From positions 32,001 to 96,000 of IMG/VR virus record IMGVR_UViG_3300033146_003955: DNA of 64,000 bases; one strand, given 5' to 3'. How positions within the stretch are numbered: the stretch's first letter is position 1; every line of letters starts with the position of its first letter. Shown here one piece after another: positions 40,130 through 49,843 of the stretch. A program made the position numbers and the translations under genes. This DNA is from a virus. The notes beneath the pieces are model-generated. The model was not told where the DNA came from, searched no databases, and saw only the letters and a program-made list of their open reading frames with translations.

Positions 40130-41020
40130 ATGAATGTACAAAGTCTATCTGTAGTAGTTCCTGGTGGATGTCCTAATAGTTGTTTATATTGTGTTTCTAA
40201 AACACATAAAGAAATTAAATATAAAGATACAATATCACCATGTGTTAGGCGAATACAAAATAAAGCTTCTTTCACAAATTATGATATGGAACAATATATC
40301 AATAGAATGGAGTTTGCTAGAGATAACGGTTGTAATACTGTAATTCTAACTGGTGAAGGTGAACCAGTCTGGAATAAGAAATTTCTCAAAGCTTTCGGAC
40401 AATGGAATAAGGCTCTTGATAAACCTTTCAGATGGATTGAGATTCAAACTTCTGGTATTGGTCTTGATGGTGAGACACTCTCACTTCTTAAAAAAGTTGG
40501 TGTTAACACAATCTCTCTCTCAATCTCATCTTTTAATGATGAAAAGAATAACGAATATAATGGTATCAAACCCGAGAATCAATTTAATATAGCTGAAAGA
40601 TGTAACCAAATTAAGAAGGAAGGTTTTAATCTAAGACTTTCTATTAATGCAACTGATGCATTTAATAGGTGGCTGCCGGTAGAAATATTTAATACAGCTA
40701 GTATTTTAGGAGCTGATCAATTGACATTCCGTGTTCTTTACGATTCTGGAAATCCAGAGCATGAAGTTGATATCTGGATTAATGAGCATAGAGTTAGCAA
40801 CCAGTTACAAAAGAATTTTATTACGTATGTTCAGGAAAATGGTAATAAATTAGAACAGCTTCCTTTTGGCCCTTTTAAATATTCGGTTGATGGCGTATCT
40901 ACTGTTATCGACGACGACTGTATGAGCAAGGAACTTAAAGATACTATTAAGTACTTTATCTTAAGACCTAATGGGAAATTATATACTCGTTGGGATGATA
41001 CGGGGAGTTTGTGGTTTTAA
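40130..41020 (+). CDS. Radical SAM protein
   Basis: CPNSCLYC (CxxxCxxC), LTGEGEP, IQTSG. Confidence 0.85.
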   Translation: MNVQSLSVVVPGGCPNSCLYCVSKTHKEIKYKDTISPCVRRIQNKASFTNYDMEQYINRMEFARDNGCNTVILTGEGEPVWNKKFLKAFGQWNKALDKPFRWIEIQTSGIGLDGETLSLLKKVGVNTISLSISSFNDEKNNEYNGIKPENQFNIAERCNQIKKEGFNLRLSINATDAFNRWLPVEIFNTASILGADQLTFRVLYDSGNPEHEVDIWINEHRVSNQLQKNFITYVQENGNKLEQLPFGPFKYSVDGVSTVIDDDCMSKELKDTIKYFILRPNGKLYTRWDDTGSLWF

Positions 41021-41412
41021 TGGATGATACGGAGGCTAAGCTTCTATTAAGAGGTGCAGAGGAATATAAAATCTTCTATTCTAATGGGCAGCAATATGAA
41101 TCATATTATGTTTTAGATGGTTTAAGGGAAGGTGAATATAGAGAATGGTATATAGATGGCCAAATAAAAAAATGTTGTTTTTATAAAAATGATGTTATAG
41201 ATGGTGAATATAAAGAATGGCATGAGAATGGACAATTGCGAATTCACAACTTTTACAAAAATGGTTGTGAAATAGGAAATATAACTACATGGTATGATAA
41301 TAACCAAATATCTTCGGAATGTAAATTTGATAAAAATGGTGAAGTTATAGACTATAGGATGTGGAATAAAAAAGGTGAACAAATAGAAGATATTTCTAGA
41401 GAAGATGCTTAA
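41020..41412 (+). CDS. MORN-variant (YwqK-like) repeat protein with N-terminal AKxLL
   Basis: GEYxEWxxNGQ repeats; MDDTEAKLLL. Confidence 0.75.
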   Translation: MDDTEAKLLLRGAEEYKIFYSNGQQYESYYVLDGLREGEYREWYIDGQIKKCCFYKNDVIDGEYKEWHENGQLRIHNFYKNGCEIGNITTWYDNNQISSECKFDKNGEVIDYRMWNKKGEQIEDISREDA

Positions 41413-41447
41413 AGCAGGCATACTTAATATTAAACAAAGGAGATTAT

Positions 41448-41750
41448 ATGAGTAATAGTTTACTTCTTAAAGAAATTCAAGAAGATGGAATTAACGTTAT
41501 AGCACTCTTTAAATATAAACGTGATGACAATGTTGGTGGTCATAAGAAAGGTGATGTTAAAGAAGCATATATTTGTACTATGATTGGTAATGAAATTACT
41601 CTTGGTGAGCAATTTATAGATCAGTATGATATTACTGCTGACTGGATGAATCCAATCGAATACACTCCGACTGGGTATGCACAAAATTCGTATATATATA
41701 AAATTACTGAGAAAAGTTCTGGTAATGTTGTTTTTGAACAAAAAAGGTGA
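41448..41750 (+). CDS. Hypothetical protein
   Basis: AAGGAG SD after a GCATACTTAA motif. Confidence 0.6.
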   Translation: MSNSLLLKEIQEDGINVIALFKYKRDDNVGGHKKGDVKEAYICTMIGNEITLGEQFIDQYDITADWMNPIEYTPTGYAQNSYIYKITEKSSGNVVFEQKR

Positions 41751-42421
41751 CAAACTGTATAAGTTGTAATAAAAAATTATCAAGAAAAACAAAATCTGGT
41801 ATGTGTAAAATTTGTTGGGATAAGTACAGACTTGATAGTGCTAAATCTTATGCTTATTGCGAGATATGTAATAAAAGATTTTTTACGACTTATAACATTG
41901 GAAAACTTTGTAGAAAGTGCAAAGAAAAAGAATTAGGTCATACACCAAAACAATTTACTTGTATTGTTTATGGTAAAATAGTTTATCATAAGAATAAATA
42001 TAATATGTGTTATGATTGTTATAAAAAATCTGATATACCTAAAAAAATAGGACGAGAAAATTGGGCTAAAGCTGGTTCTTGGACGTTTAAAAGAAGTAAG
42101 AATGAAATTTATTTTGCTTCTTTGTGCGCAGATAAATATAACATTTCGACAAATGATGTTAGATTTAATGGATGGGATGCTGATATTATTTTAAATGATT
42201 TTAATATTGCCATAGAATGGAATGGCATATGGCATTACGAAAAATTATTTGATTCATACAATCTTAATGAAAAACAAAATAGAGATTTGATTAAAGCTAA
42301 AGAAATTAAAAATGCGGGATATACACTGTATATCATTAAAGATTTAGGACGAGAAAATAAAGAATTTGTTGAAAAAGAATTTAAAAAATTTGAAAAATAT
42401 ATGATTCATATGCATATATAA
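41747..42421 (+). CDS. Zn-finger plus PD-(D/E)XK-like endonuclease
   Basis: Multiple CxxC; SKNE...DADII....AIEWNGIWH. Confidence 0.7.
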   Translation: MTNCISCNKKLSRKTKSGMCKICWDKYRLDSAKSYAYCEICNKRFFTTYNIGKLCRKCKEKELGHTPKQFTCIVYGKIVYHKNKYNMCYDCYKKSDIPKKIGRENWAKAGSWTFKRSKNEIYFASLCADKYNISTNDVRFNGWDADIILNDFNIAIEWNGIWHYEKLFDSYNLNEKQNRDLIKAKEIKNAGYTLYIIKDLGRENKEFVEKEFKKFEKYMIHMHI

Positions 42422-42450
42422 ATGTATAAAGATTTGATAGGAGATGTTTG

Positions 42451-43542
42451 ATGTCAACAATTAAAGAGATGAAGAAAAAATTACGTTATGTTTTAAAAGA
42501 AGGAACAATTCAGCCAGTAACTCCCTTTATCTGGGGAAAACCTGGAATTGGGAAATCTCAGTCTGTAAAACAAATTGCTGATGAGATGGGAATTATGTTT
42601 ATTGACCTTAGACTTTCACAGTTGGAGAGCGCTGATCTTAGAGGTATTCCTGTACCTGATATGGAACAAGGTATATCTAAATGGATGCCACCAGAATTTC
42701 TTCCTTTTAAAGGCATTAAAAAATTTGAAGGTACTTCTGGTATAATTCTTCTTGATGAGTTTAATAGAGCACGACCCGATGTTCTTCAGGCAGCATTCCA
42801 GCTTGTGTTAGATAGACAGGTTGGTATTCATGAAATTATGGATTCATGGTTTATTGTAGCTGCTGGTAACCTTGGAGATGAGGATAGAACAGATGTTATC
42901 GAGATGGATTCTGCTCTTAAGAATAGATTTATTCACTTTAGTGTAGATGTTGAGTTGGATTCTTGGTTACGTTGGGCAAACAAAACCAAAATTAATTCTG
43001 ATATTATAACTTTTCTAACTTCAAAACCTGCTTATCTGTATCATACGGCTAAAGAAGAAGATAATATATTTGTTACTCCTCGTTCATGGGAGAAGTTTTC
43101 TGATATTCTTGCTCAGAATCCGGATGTTGATCCTATGGAAATTACTGCTATTCTTGGTCCTGATATTATCAATGGAGCTGCTGGTCACTTCATGAAATTT
43201 CTTGAATCTAAAGAGATTGTTTCTGGTAAAGATGTTATTACTAAATATCATCAGGATGCGGTTAAGAAGAAAATCAAAGCTATGCAGAGGGATCAGATTT
43301 ATGCTCTAGACGGCGATATTGTAGACTATATTCTTAAGAGCAAGAAAACTACAGATATTCATTTAGAGAACCTACACAATTTCGCTAAAGAGAATCTTGA
43401 GAAAGATATCTATATTGCATTCATGAGAAATCTTGCTCAAAAATGCGTTAATGAGGAACATAACTTCATTGATAAGTACCTCAAAAAGTACATCAAGGAA
43501 TCAAAAGAGATTATTCAAATCTTTAAAAATAAATTAAGCTAA
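42451..43542 (+). CDS. MoxR-like AAA+ ATPase
   Basis: GKPGIGKS, DLRGIP, LLDEFNR, AAGN, ALKNRF, TPRSW. Confidence 0.9.
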   Translation: MSTIKEMKKKLRYVLKEGTIQPVTPFIWGKPGIGKSQSVKQIADEMGIMFIDLRLSQLESADLRGIPVPDMEQGISKWMPPEFLPFKGIKKFEGTSGIILLDEFNRARPDVLQAAFQLVLDRQVGIHEIMDSWFIVAAGNLGDEDRTDVIEMDSALKNRFIHFSVDVELDSWLRWANKTKINSDIITFLTSKPAYLYHTAKEEDNIFVTPRSWEKFSDILAQNPDVDPMEITAILGPDIINGAAGHFMKFLESKEIVSGKDVITKYHQDAVKKKIKAMQRDQIYALDGDIVDYILKSKKTTDIHLENLHNFAKENLEKDIYIAFMRNLAQKCVNEEHNFIDKYLKKYIKESKEIIQIFKNKLS

Positions 43543-43553
43543 TCACTAGCTTG

Positions 43554-43580
43554 CTCCCTCTTTGAGGGAGTTTTTTTTTT
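43554..43580 (+). terminator. Rho-independent terminator
   Basis: CTCCCTC-TTT-GAGGGAG followed by a long T-tract. Confidence 0.8.
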
Positions 43581-43624
43581 GAAAATTTCGGTTTCTCATG
43601 CATAGTTAATTGCATAATAAGGAG

Positions 43625-45211
43625 ATGATGATGGCTAAAGAAACAAAAGATGTAAGTACTTCAAAAGTTAGTTTAACTAATGAGCAAAAGGAACAGGCTA
43701 GGTCTGCTCTTGTGTCTGCTGGTGTAGTTGCTCCTCGACTAAAGAAAGTAAGGATTCCAAAAAGATTTGAAGATATATCCCTCCGATGGGTAAAACAAGC
43801 ACCATTTTTCTCAGAATTTATGCTTCGTTTTCACTTCTTCAAAACTAAAGATATCCCAACAGCTGGTGTTAATGTTATGAGAGGAAATCTCAATTTCTAC
43901 TTCAACCCTGAATTTATTGATGGTGGTGGAGAGAGACCTGACATCGGTGATGATGGACATCCTGTAATAATTAAAAATAAAGCTGGAGACCCAGAGCTTG
44001 ATGCTCAAGGTAATGTTCAGGTTAAAATGGTTCCTCGTGAAGCATTAACCAATTCAGAACTTGAAGGCCTTCTTATACATGAGATTTATCACATTATCCG
44101 CCTCCACCACGAAAGAAGTCTTGAGGATCACCAGCTCTTTAACGTAGCTGCTGATATGCTCATTAACGATGATATCTCTACTCTCAAAATAAATAATAGA
44201 GGTATGGATCTTCCTGCTGGTGGTGTCTTTTATAAAATGGCAATTGATGAAGGTTATACCGGTGAGAAAGTGACCGAAGAACTTTACATTTGGTTACAAG
44301 ATGTAAGACAGAAATATGAAGATATGATGCAGAAACTTATTCAGCAACAAATGGGTGGTTCTGGCGGTGAAGGATCAGGTAGTCAAGGTCAACAGGAATG
44401 TTCTGCGTGTGGTGGTGACGGTCAGGAAAAAGATGAGAATGGTAATCCTACTGGTGAAACTTGTGAGAAGTGTGGTGGTTCTGGTAAAGAGTCAGGTCAA
44501 AGTGGTCAAGGTAAGAAAAACTCCCTCTTCGACGTACTCTTCGGCTCAAATATTGATGTTCATGAAATCATGGGTCAGAGTGATGAACTTTCAGATGCAA
44601 CTATTCAGGAAGTATTAGACTCAGCAAAAATACGTGGCTGGGGCTCTATGGCAGGAGATGCTGTCTCAAAAATTCAGGAATTGATGACTCCAGCAAAAAT
44701 TCCTTGGAGACAGGTTTTAAGAAAATCACTTTCTCCTCTTATTTATGATTATGGACCACATTTTGAAAATACATGGTCTCGTAGAAACAGAAGAGGACTT
44801 CCTCTTCCAGGTCTTAGACGTCTTACTAATCGTCTTGTTATTGCAATTGATACTTCTGGTTCTATCGGTGGTAATGAACTTGAACAATTCTTCGCTCAAA
44901 TCGAGAAGATTGTCAAAGACTTTTCGCAGTTGATAGTTATTCAATGGGATACTAAAATCGCAGATGTCTCGCTCGCTTATAGAAAGGGTGATTGGAAGAA
45001 CATTGAAGTTAAAGGTCGTGGTGGAACACATGTACAATGTGTATTCGACTGGATGAGCGATAACGGATATAAAAAATATCCACTCATAAACTTCACAGAT
45101 GGCTACTTTGATTATGGCTTTGATAACCATGGCATTAAAACTATTTGGTGTGTAACTGAAGCAGATTCAACTGTACCCCGTGGCAAAAATATATTTATTG
45201 ATGTAAATTAA
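43625..45211 (+). CDS. DUF2201-type HEXXH metallopeptidase fused to vWA, with DnaJ-like Zn motifs in the linker
   Basis: IHEIYH, NVAADMLIN, CSACGGDG/CEKCGGSG, IDTSGSI, GRGGT, FTDG. Confidence 0.85.
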   Translation: MMMAKETKDVSTSKVSLTNEQKEQARSALVSAGVVAPRLKKVRIPKRFEDISLRWVKQAPFFSEFMLRFHFFKTKDIPTAGVNVMRGNLNFYFNPEFIDGGGERPDIGDDGHPVIIKNKAGDPELDAQGNVQVKMVPREALTNSELEGLLIHEIYHIIRLHHERSLEDHQLFNVAADMLINDDISTLKINNRGMDLPAGGVFYKMAIDEGYTGEKVTEELYIWLQDVRQKYEDMMQKLIQQQMGGSGGEGSGSQGQQECSACGGDGQEKDENGNPTGETCEKCGGSGKESGQSGQGKKNSLFDVLFGSNIDVHEIMGQSDELSDATIQEVLDSAKIRGWGSMAGDAVSKIQELMTPAKIPWRQVLRKSLSPLIYDYGPHFENTWSRRNRRGLPLPGLRRLTNRLVIAIDTSGSIGGNELEQFFAQIEKIVKDFSQLIVIQWDTKIADVSLAYRKGDWKNIEVKGRGGTHVQCVFDWMSDNGYKKYPLINFTDGYFDYGFDNHGIKTIWCVTEADSTVPRGKNIFIDVN

Positions 45212-45220
45212 ACTATATTT

Positions 45221-45255
45221 TCTTCCGTCTATAAAGATAATAAGTAGACGGAGGA
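45221..45255 (+). promoter_or_regulatory. SD-sequestering hairpin with a promoter-like motif in its loop
   Basis: TCTTCCGTCTA pairs with TAGACGGAGGA (contains the GGAGG SD of 45263); the loop contains TAAAGATA. Confidence 0.6.
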
Positions 45256-45262
45256 TATTTTT

Positions 45263-45805
45263 ATGGAAATAACAAATTATTTTGATAAGTTTAATAATTC
45301 AGATAAAGAATTAATAATAGAAGAAAGGTATTTTAATGAAGATACCAGATTTGTAATGTTGGGTTTAAAAGGTTTAATAGATACATATAATACAATTCCA
45401 TTCTACGATAATATTAAGAAATTTTTAGCTTTAGAAGAGCGTTTAGTTTTAGTTTTAGATATGAATTCAATAAGTTATATGTCTTCTACTGGAATTGGGA
45501 TATTTCTTCAAATAGATAAAGATTGCAAAGCTGGGAATATAAAGTTATATTTAATGGGCATACGAAAGAATGTCGACGAAGTATTTTCCCTTCTGGGTTT
45601 TAAAATGTTTTTTAATTATATAACAGAGTTGAATGACATTAAAGAGGAAAAAATTATTAGATCAATCTTCCCTCAGAAAATAAAATGCCCAAACTGCGGC
45701 ATAACTTTAAAAATATCAAAAATTGGTGCTTTTAAATGTACTGGCTGTTTAAAAACATTTAGAATAGTAGAAAAAAATAATAATGAAATAGGAGTTAATA
45801 AATGA
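45263..45805 (+). CDS. STAS-domain anti-sigma-factor antagonist with C-terminal Zn ribbon
   Basis: GLIDTYN, LDMNSISYMSSTGIG, VFSLLGF, CPNC...CTGC. Confidence 0.85.
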   Translation: MEITNYFDKFNNSDKELIIEERYFNEDTRFVMLGLKGLIDTYNTIPFYDNIKKFLALEERLVLVLDMNSISYMSSTGIGIFLQIDKDCKAGNIKLYLMGIRKNVDEVFSLLGFKMFFNYITELNDIKEEKIIRSIFPQKIKCPNCGITLKISKIGAFKCTGCLKTFRIVEKNNNEIGVNK

Positions 45806-46011
45806 AGGTTGGTGTAGCATTTGACAATCTTGCGTCTTTCTTTAACGATGACGATGAAAAAGAAAGCGCTTCAATCCCTGCAGAAGTTTTTAGAGATGAA
45901 GAAGGAAAAGTTATAGAAGTACGCATATATAATCCAGAGTACGAAGAAATAATTGTTGTTGGGAGAAATAAAAATGTTGAAGCACTCTCGGTCGAAGAAT
46001 ATTCTAAGTAA
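45802..46011 (+). CDS. Small acidic protein
   Basis: AGGAG SD. Confidence 0.5.
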   Translation: MKVGVAFDNLASFFNDDDEKESASIPAEVFRDEEGKVIEVRIYNPEYEEIIVVGRNKNVEALSVEEYSK

Positions 46012-46648
46012 ATTATTTTTAATATTCATACTTTTTCTGTGTTTTATTACGCTAAGTGTTTTATTAATATCAGTAAATTCATCTTTAGTTATTACTAAAG
46101 AATCAAATATGATTGAATTATATACACCAATAGTAGATGATTCAACTTTTTTGATGAGATGGGATATAAACTCCCATGCTATGGAGAATCCAGAAAATGT
46201 AATCCTCTTCTACTCTGAGTATACTAATAATGAAATAATCACATCAGCTATTATAAATAATGCAATAGAACACAATGTTCCCCTAAATATAGCTTTCTCT
46301 GTAGCTTGGGCTGAAAGTAAATTTAACCCTGATGCATATAATAATAATGGTTCAACAACAGATAGAGGTCTTTTCCAATTAAATGATCTTTATAGAAATT
46401 GGACTAAAAATGAATATTATAATATAGAACTAAATGCTCACGAAGGAACTAGATATTTGAGCGAAATGATTACTCTTAATAAGGGTGATATTATTTATGC
46501 CCTCTACTGTTACAACGCAGGTCCTACTCGCGTTAGAGGGGAGGGCATTATCCCTAATATGACTAAAAAGTATGTAGATAAGGTTTTAGAGTATGAAGAC
46601 ATGTTAAACCAAGATTTTAACAAATGGGTTAATGAGGAGCATAGTTAA
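45974..46648 (+). CDS. Membrane-anchored lytic transglycosylase (SLT domain)
   Basis: N-terminal TM; AES, GLFQLN, GTRYL, YNAG motifs. Confidence 0.85.
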   Translation: MLKHSRSKNILSKLFLIFILFLCFITLSVLLISVNSSLVITKESNMIELYTPIVDDSTFLMRWDINSHAMENPENVILFYSEYTNNEIITSAIINNAIEHNVPLNIAFSVAWAESKFNPDAYNNNGSTTDRGLFQLNDLYRNWTKNEYYNIELNAHEGTRYLSEMITLNKGDIIYALYCYNAGPTRVRGEGIIPNMTKKYVDKVLEYEDMLNQDFNKWVNEEHS

Positions 46649-46652
46649 ATAT

Positions 46653-46904
46653 ATGATGTGGTTAATATTAATTACTATTATTTTAATAGTTTTCAATATA
46701 ATAAATTTGATTTATGTTCTTAAGAAAAATAATAAAAAAAAAGAAGCACTTAACAGATATAAAGTAAAATATAAATTAGTTGGCGACAATGCTGTTGCTG
46801 CAATGAAAATACACAAACAATTTATAAAAGAATACAATGAATTGGGCGGAAATTATCAAATTGACGTCATAGATAAAACAAATAATATATTAGGAAGGAG
46901 CTAA
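46653..46904 (+). CDS. Small membrane protein (likely leaderless)
   Basis: N-terminal TM; ATG lies 14 nt after GCATAGTT. Confidence 0.5.
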   Translation: MMWLILITIILIVFNIINLIYVLKKNNKKKEALNRYKVKYKLVGDNAVAAMKIHKQFIKEYNELGGNYQIDVIDKTNNILGRS

Positions 46905-46905
46905 G

Positions 46906-47118
46906 ATGGAAGACGGTTACAGAAAAGTTGAACGAGAAAATGGATTTTCAGAAATAACAATCGGTGACAGAATTAGACTTTCAGATGTAGAAAAAGATGG
47001 TATTACCTTACTTGAAGATGTTCCTCAAAAGGGTGATAAAATTTATTTAGTAAATACTCTCCCAGTTAAAAATAAGGATGGAGTTTTAGCCGTAGAATGT
47101 GATACTGTTGAAGAATGA
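46906..47118 (+). CDS. Small hypothetical protein
   Basis: AAGGAG SD. Confidence 0.5.
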   Translation: MEDGYRKVERENGFSEITIGDRIRLSDVEKDGITLLEDVPQKGDKIYLVNTLPVKNKDGVLAVECDTVEE

Positions 47119-47357
47119 ACGTTGGAGAAGTTTGGCTTAAAAGAAGACAAAGGCCTGAAAGAGAACGATTTTTTGTTATGAAGAAAAATAACAATTCTGG
47201 TTTTCGAGGACTTATGATGGCTCGTCAATCTTTATATGAAAATGTTTTTTTGAGTAATGATAGTATAAAAGGTTTTGAAGAAAAAAATAAACTTCTAACT
47301 GATGATGAAGTTGCTAAATATATATTATTGGGTGATTTGAATCCAGCAATACTATAG
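47115..47357 (+). CDS. Small protein with C-terminal AKxxLL
   Basis: MNVGEVW...DEVAKYILLGD. Confidence 0.55.
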   Translation: MNVGEVWLKRRQRPERERFFVMKKNNNSGFRGLMMARQSLYENVFLSNDSIKGFEEKNKLLTDDEVAKYILLGDLNPAIL

Positions 47358-47365
47358 GGGATAAT

Positions 47366-47995
47366 ATGAATTTGGAGAAGTGGAAAAATCGTTTGATAGT
47401 GTTCGAAGGTGGAGATCAAAGTGGAAAATCTTCGGTAGCTAAAGCACTCACAAAGTATCTTAATAATAAAGGTGTAGAAACAGTTTTTACCTTCCAGCCT
47501 GGTGATATTAATTGGGGTACTAATGCTGCAATTACTCGCTCTTGGTGTAAAGATAAAAGACATAATTTTCATCCTCTTGCAAACTTTTTCGCATTTCAGC
47601 TCGATCGAGTAGAACAAACTTCGAAAATTATTGTCCCTGCTCTCGCAGCTGGGAAAACAGTTATATCTGATAGATGGAATTACTCTACTATAGCATATCA
47701 AATGTATGGTAAACAATTAATAGAAAAATATAATATGCCAGAAGATGTATTAAATTGGCTTCTTACTACAGCAATAACATCTAAAGAACCCGACCATGTA
47801 TTTTATTTCCCGGAGAAATTGAATGTTGGTAGAGAGAATAACAAAGACGACTTATTTGATAACGCCGGTTCTTCATTCATAAATAGAGTTCACAATGCAT
47901 ATGAAAGTTTGTATGGGAAAGCAGATAATTGGTTTCGTATAACTCCCGGCTCCTCAGTCGAAGAGACATTAGCAAAAGTATTGGAGTGTCTATAA
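47366..47995 (+). CDS. tmk: Thymidylate kinase
   Basis: FEGGDQSGKS P-loop, ISDRWNYSTIAYQ, PD motif. Confidence 0.88.
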   Translation: MNLEKWKNRLIVFEGGDQSGKSSVAKALTKYLNNKGVETVFTFQPGDINWGTNAAITRSWCKDKRHNFHPLANFFAFQLDRVEQTSKIIVPALAAGKTVISDRWNYSTIAYQMYGKQLIEKYNMPEDVLNWLLTTAITSKEPDHVFYFPEKLNVGRENNKDDLFDNAGSSFINRVHNAYESLYGKADNWFRITPGSSVEETLAKVLECL

Positions 47996-47996
47996 T

Positions 47997-48260
47997 ATGG
48001 AACCGGATGATTTAATGAAAGTAGGTTTTAAGTGGGATGATAATGATAAAAATCTTGGTGTCTATACAGTAATATCTGATTGGGCAAAACAAATAAAAGG
48101 TGGTGTAAGTAATGTTGCTACTCTTGTACAAAAAGATGGAAAATTGTATTTGAGGACAAAAGATAAAGATGCTGAATTAAATACTAATAATCCTACTAAA
48201 ATTGGCGAGTTAATAGTAGCTGAATATGCTAAGCAGGTATTAGATAACAATGCAACATAA
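47997..48260 (+). CDS. Hypothetical protein
   Basis: Operonic ORF. Confidence 0.5.
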   Translation: MEPDDLMKVGFKWDDNDKNLGVYTVISDWAKQIKGGVSNVATLVQKDGKLYLRTKDKDAELNTNNPTKIGELIVAEYAKQVLDNNAT

Positions 48261-48564
48261 CTTTTGTGACCAAGAAGATTGCCTTCTCCATCCCACCTAT
48301 ATTAAAAAAGAAGAGGAAAGAGCAAAACGGGAAGCTCAAGCAAAAGGACATCTTGTTGCTATAGAAGATGGTTCTCAATGGGCGCCGGCTTCTTATGACC
48401 ATAGTATTTTTTGGGATAGTTCATGTATTAGCGTGCAAGCAGTGAGAATTAAAACCTCAACAGTAGATATCCCTGTCGAATGTACAATATGCTCACATTT
48501 TAAAAAGTTGGACATGAAAGAAATATTAATAATAGAAGAAGCAAAAAAGGCATTGAATGACTGA
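48250..48564 (+). CDS. Cys/His-containing hypothetical protein
   Basis: CxxxxCxxH...CxxC; ends EEAKKALND. Confidence 0.5.
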   Translation: MQHNFCDQEDCLLHPTYIKKEEERAKREAQAKGHLVAIEDGSQWAPASYDHSIFWDSSCISVQAVRIKTSTVDIPVECTICSHFKKLDMKEILIIEEAKKALND

Positions 48565-48898
48565 AATAGATGAAGCTAAATTTCTTCTCACCCACACTAA
48601 ATGTATAAAATACTACGATAACGGTAATATACAATCTACACATTATATGTTTGATAATTTAATAGATGGTGAAGAGAAGATATGGCGAGAAGACGGTAAA
48701 CTCTTAATCCAATCTAATTGGGTTAAAGGAAAGAAAGAAGGTAAATTTGAACAGTGGCATGCTAACGGCATGTTGAGCGAAATATGTTATTTTAAAAATA
48801 ATAAGAAGAATGGTGAAAGCAAAAAATGGTATTATAACGGATTGTTAAAAAAACATACACTATATAGACATGGAGAAGTGCTTGAAACCTACAAATGA
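48557..48898 (+). CDS. MORN-variant repeat protein with N-terminal AKFLL
   Basis: GxxxxWxxNG repeats. Confidence 0.75.
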   Translation: MTEIDEAKFLLTHTKCIKYYDNGNIQSTHYMFDNLIDGEEKIWREDGKLLIQSNWVKGKKEGKFEQWHANGMLSEICYFKNNKKNGESKKWYYNGLLKKHTLYRHGEVLETYK

Positions 48899-49313
48899 AG
48901 AAGCTAAATTTTTATTATTACATGATTTACAAAAGCAATATTACACTAACGGTAGAATAAAAGCAAAGTATTATATGTTAGATGATAAAATGGACGGAGA
49001 ATACAAAAGTTGGCATCAAAATGGTAATATGAGTATTTGCTGTTTTTATAAAAAAGGTGTTTTACATGGTGATTATACAGATTGGTATCAAAACGGTCAA
49101 TTATGGGAGAAACGCTTCTATATAGATAACAAATTAAATGGTCAAATAAAAGTCTTCTACGAAGACGGCCAGCAGCAATATACAGTTTATTATAAAGACG
49201 ATTTGCGTGAGGGTGAATATAAAGAATGGGATGAAGAAGGGTTACTCATTACACATTATATATATGAAAACAATGAAGTTGTAAAAGATTATCCTCTTAA
49301 AAAGCATATTTAG
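48870..49313 (+). CDS. MORN-variant repeat protein with N-terminal AKFLL
   Basis: GEYxxWxxNG repeats. Confidence 0.75.
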   Translation: MEKCLKPTNEEAKFLLLHDLQKQYYTNGRIKAKYYMLDDKMDGEYKSWHQNGNMSICCFYKKGVLHGDYTDWYQNGQLWEKRFYIDNKLNGQIKVFYEDGQQQYTVYYKDDLREGEYKEWDEEGLLITHYIYENNEVVKDYPLKKHI

Positions 49314-49339
49314 TATTAATTAAAAATGTTGGGGAAAAT

Positions 49340-49843
49340 ATGATAAAAGATCAGTATGAGAAAAATTATAAGAAGTATATAAATAATACACAATTTGATG
49401 ATTTTATGAGTTCAACAACAACGGAGTTAACAGCAACAACGGAGTTAACAGCAACAACGGAGTTAACAGCAACAACGGAGTTAACAGCAACAACAAGTGG
49501 TGGAATATGGAGTATTAATCCTTTGACTACAGGCGATGGTTGGTACTCAGATGGGACAGCTACAAGTCTACCTATAATAGGTGATAATACTTATAGCGGC
49601 GGTATGATAAATATACCGCTCTTAGCCGGAAATACTACTTATGAATATCCTGCACATCGTACTCCAGGGACTGAAGAATGGCCAATAGTACCTGATGCCC
49701 TAGGTGTTGTATATATCGAGGGTAATGAAATTAAAATAAGAATGGCAGATGGGAAAACAATTGTTATAGGCCGTTTAGATGATGGAGAAGATTTCGTACC
49801 TATTGAAGTTGTTGCAGCTAAGAAAAAATTAATAGATGAGTAA
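49340..49843 (+). CDS. Thr-rich repeat protein ending AAKKKL
   Basis: TTELTA repeats. Confidence 0.55.
   Translation: MIKDQYEKNYKKYINNTQFDDFMSSTTTELTATTELTATTELTATTELTATTSGGIWSINPLTTGDGWYSDGTATSLPIIGDNTYSGGMINIPLLAGNTTYEYPAHRTPGTEEWPIVPDALGVVYIEGNEIKIRMADGKTIVIGRLDDGEDFVPIEVVAAKKKLIDE
49418..49489 (+). repeat. Perfect 18-bp tandem repeat x4 (TTELTA)
   Basis: Unit ACAACGGAGTTAACAGCA. Confidence 0.95.

Noticed and set aside
41020-49313. Toxin-antitoxin system from YwqK-like proteins
   Set aside because: Only the generic MORN-variant repeat is present, with no adjacent recognisable toxin.
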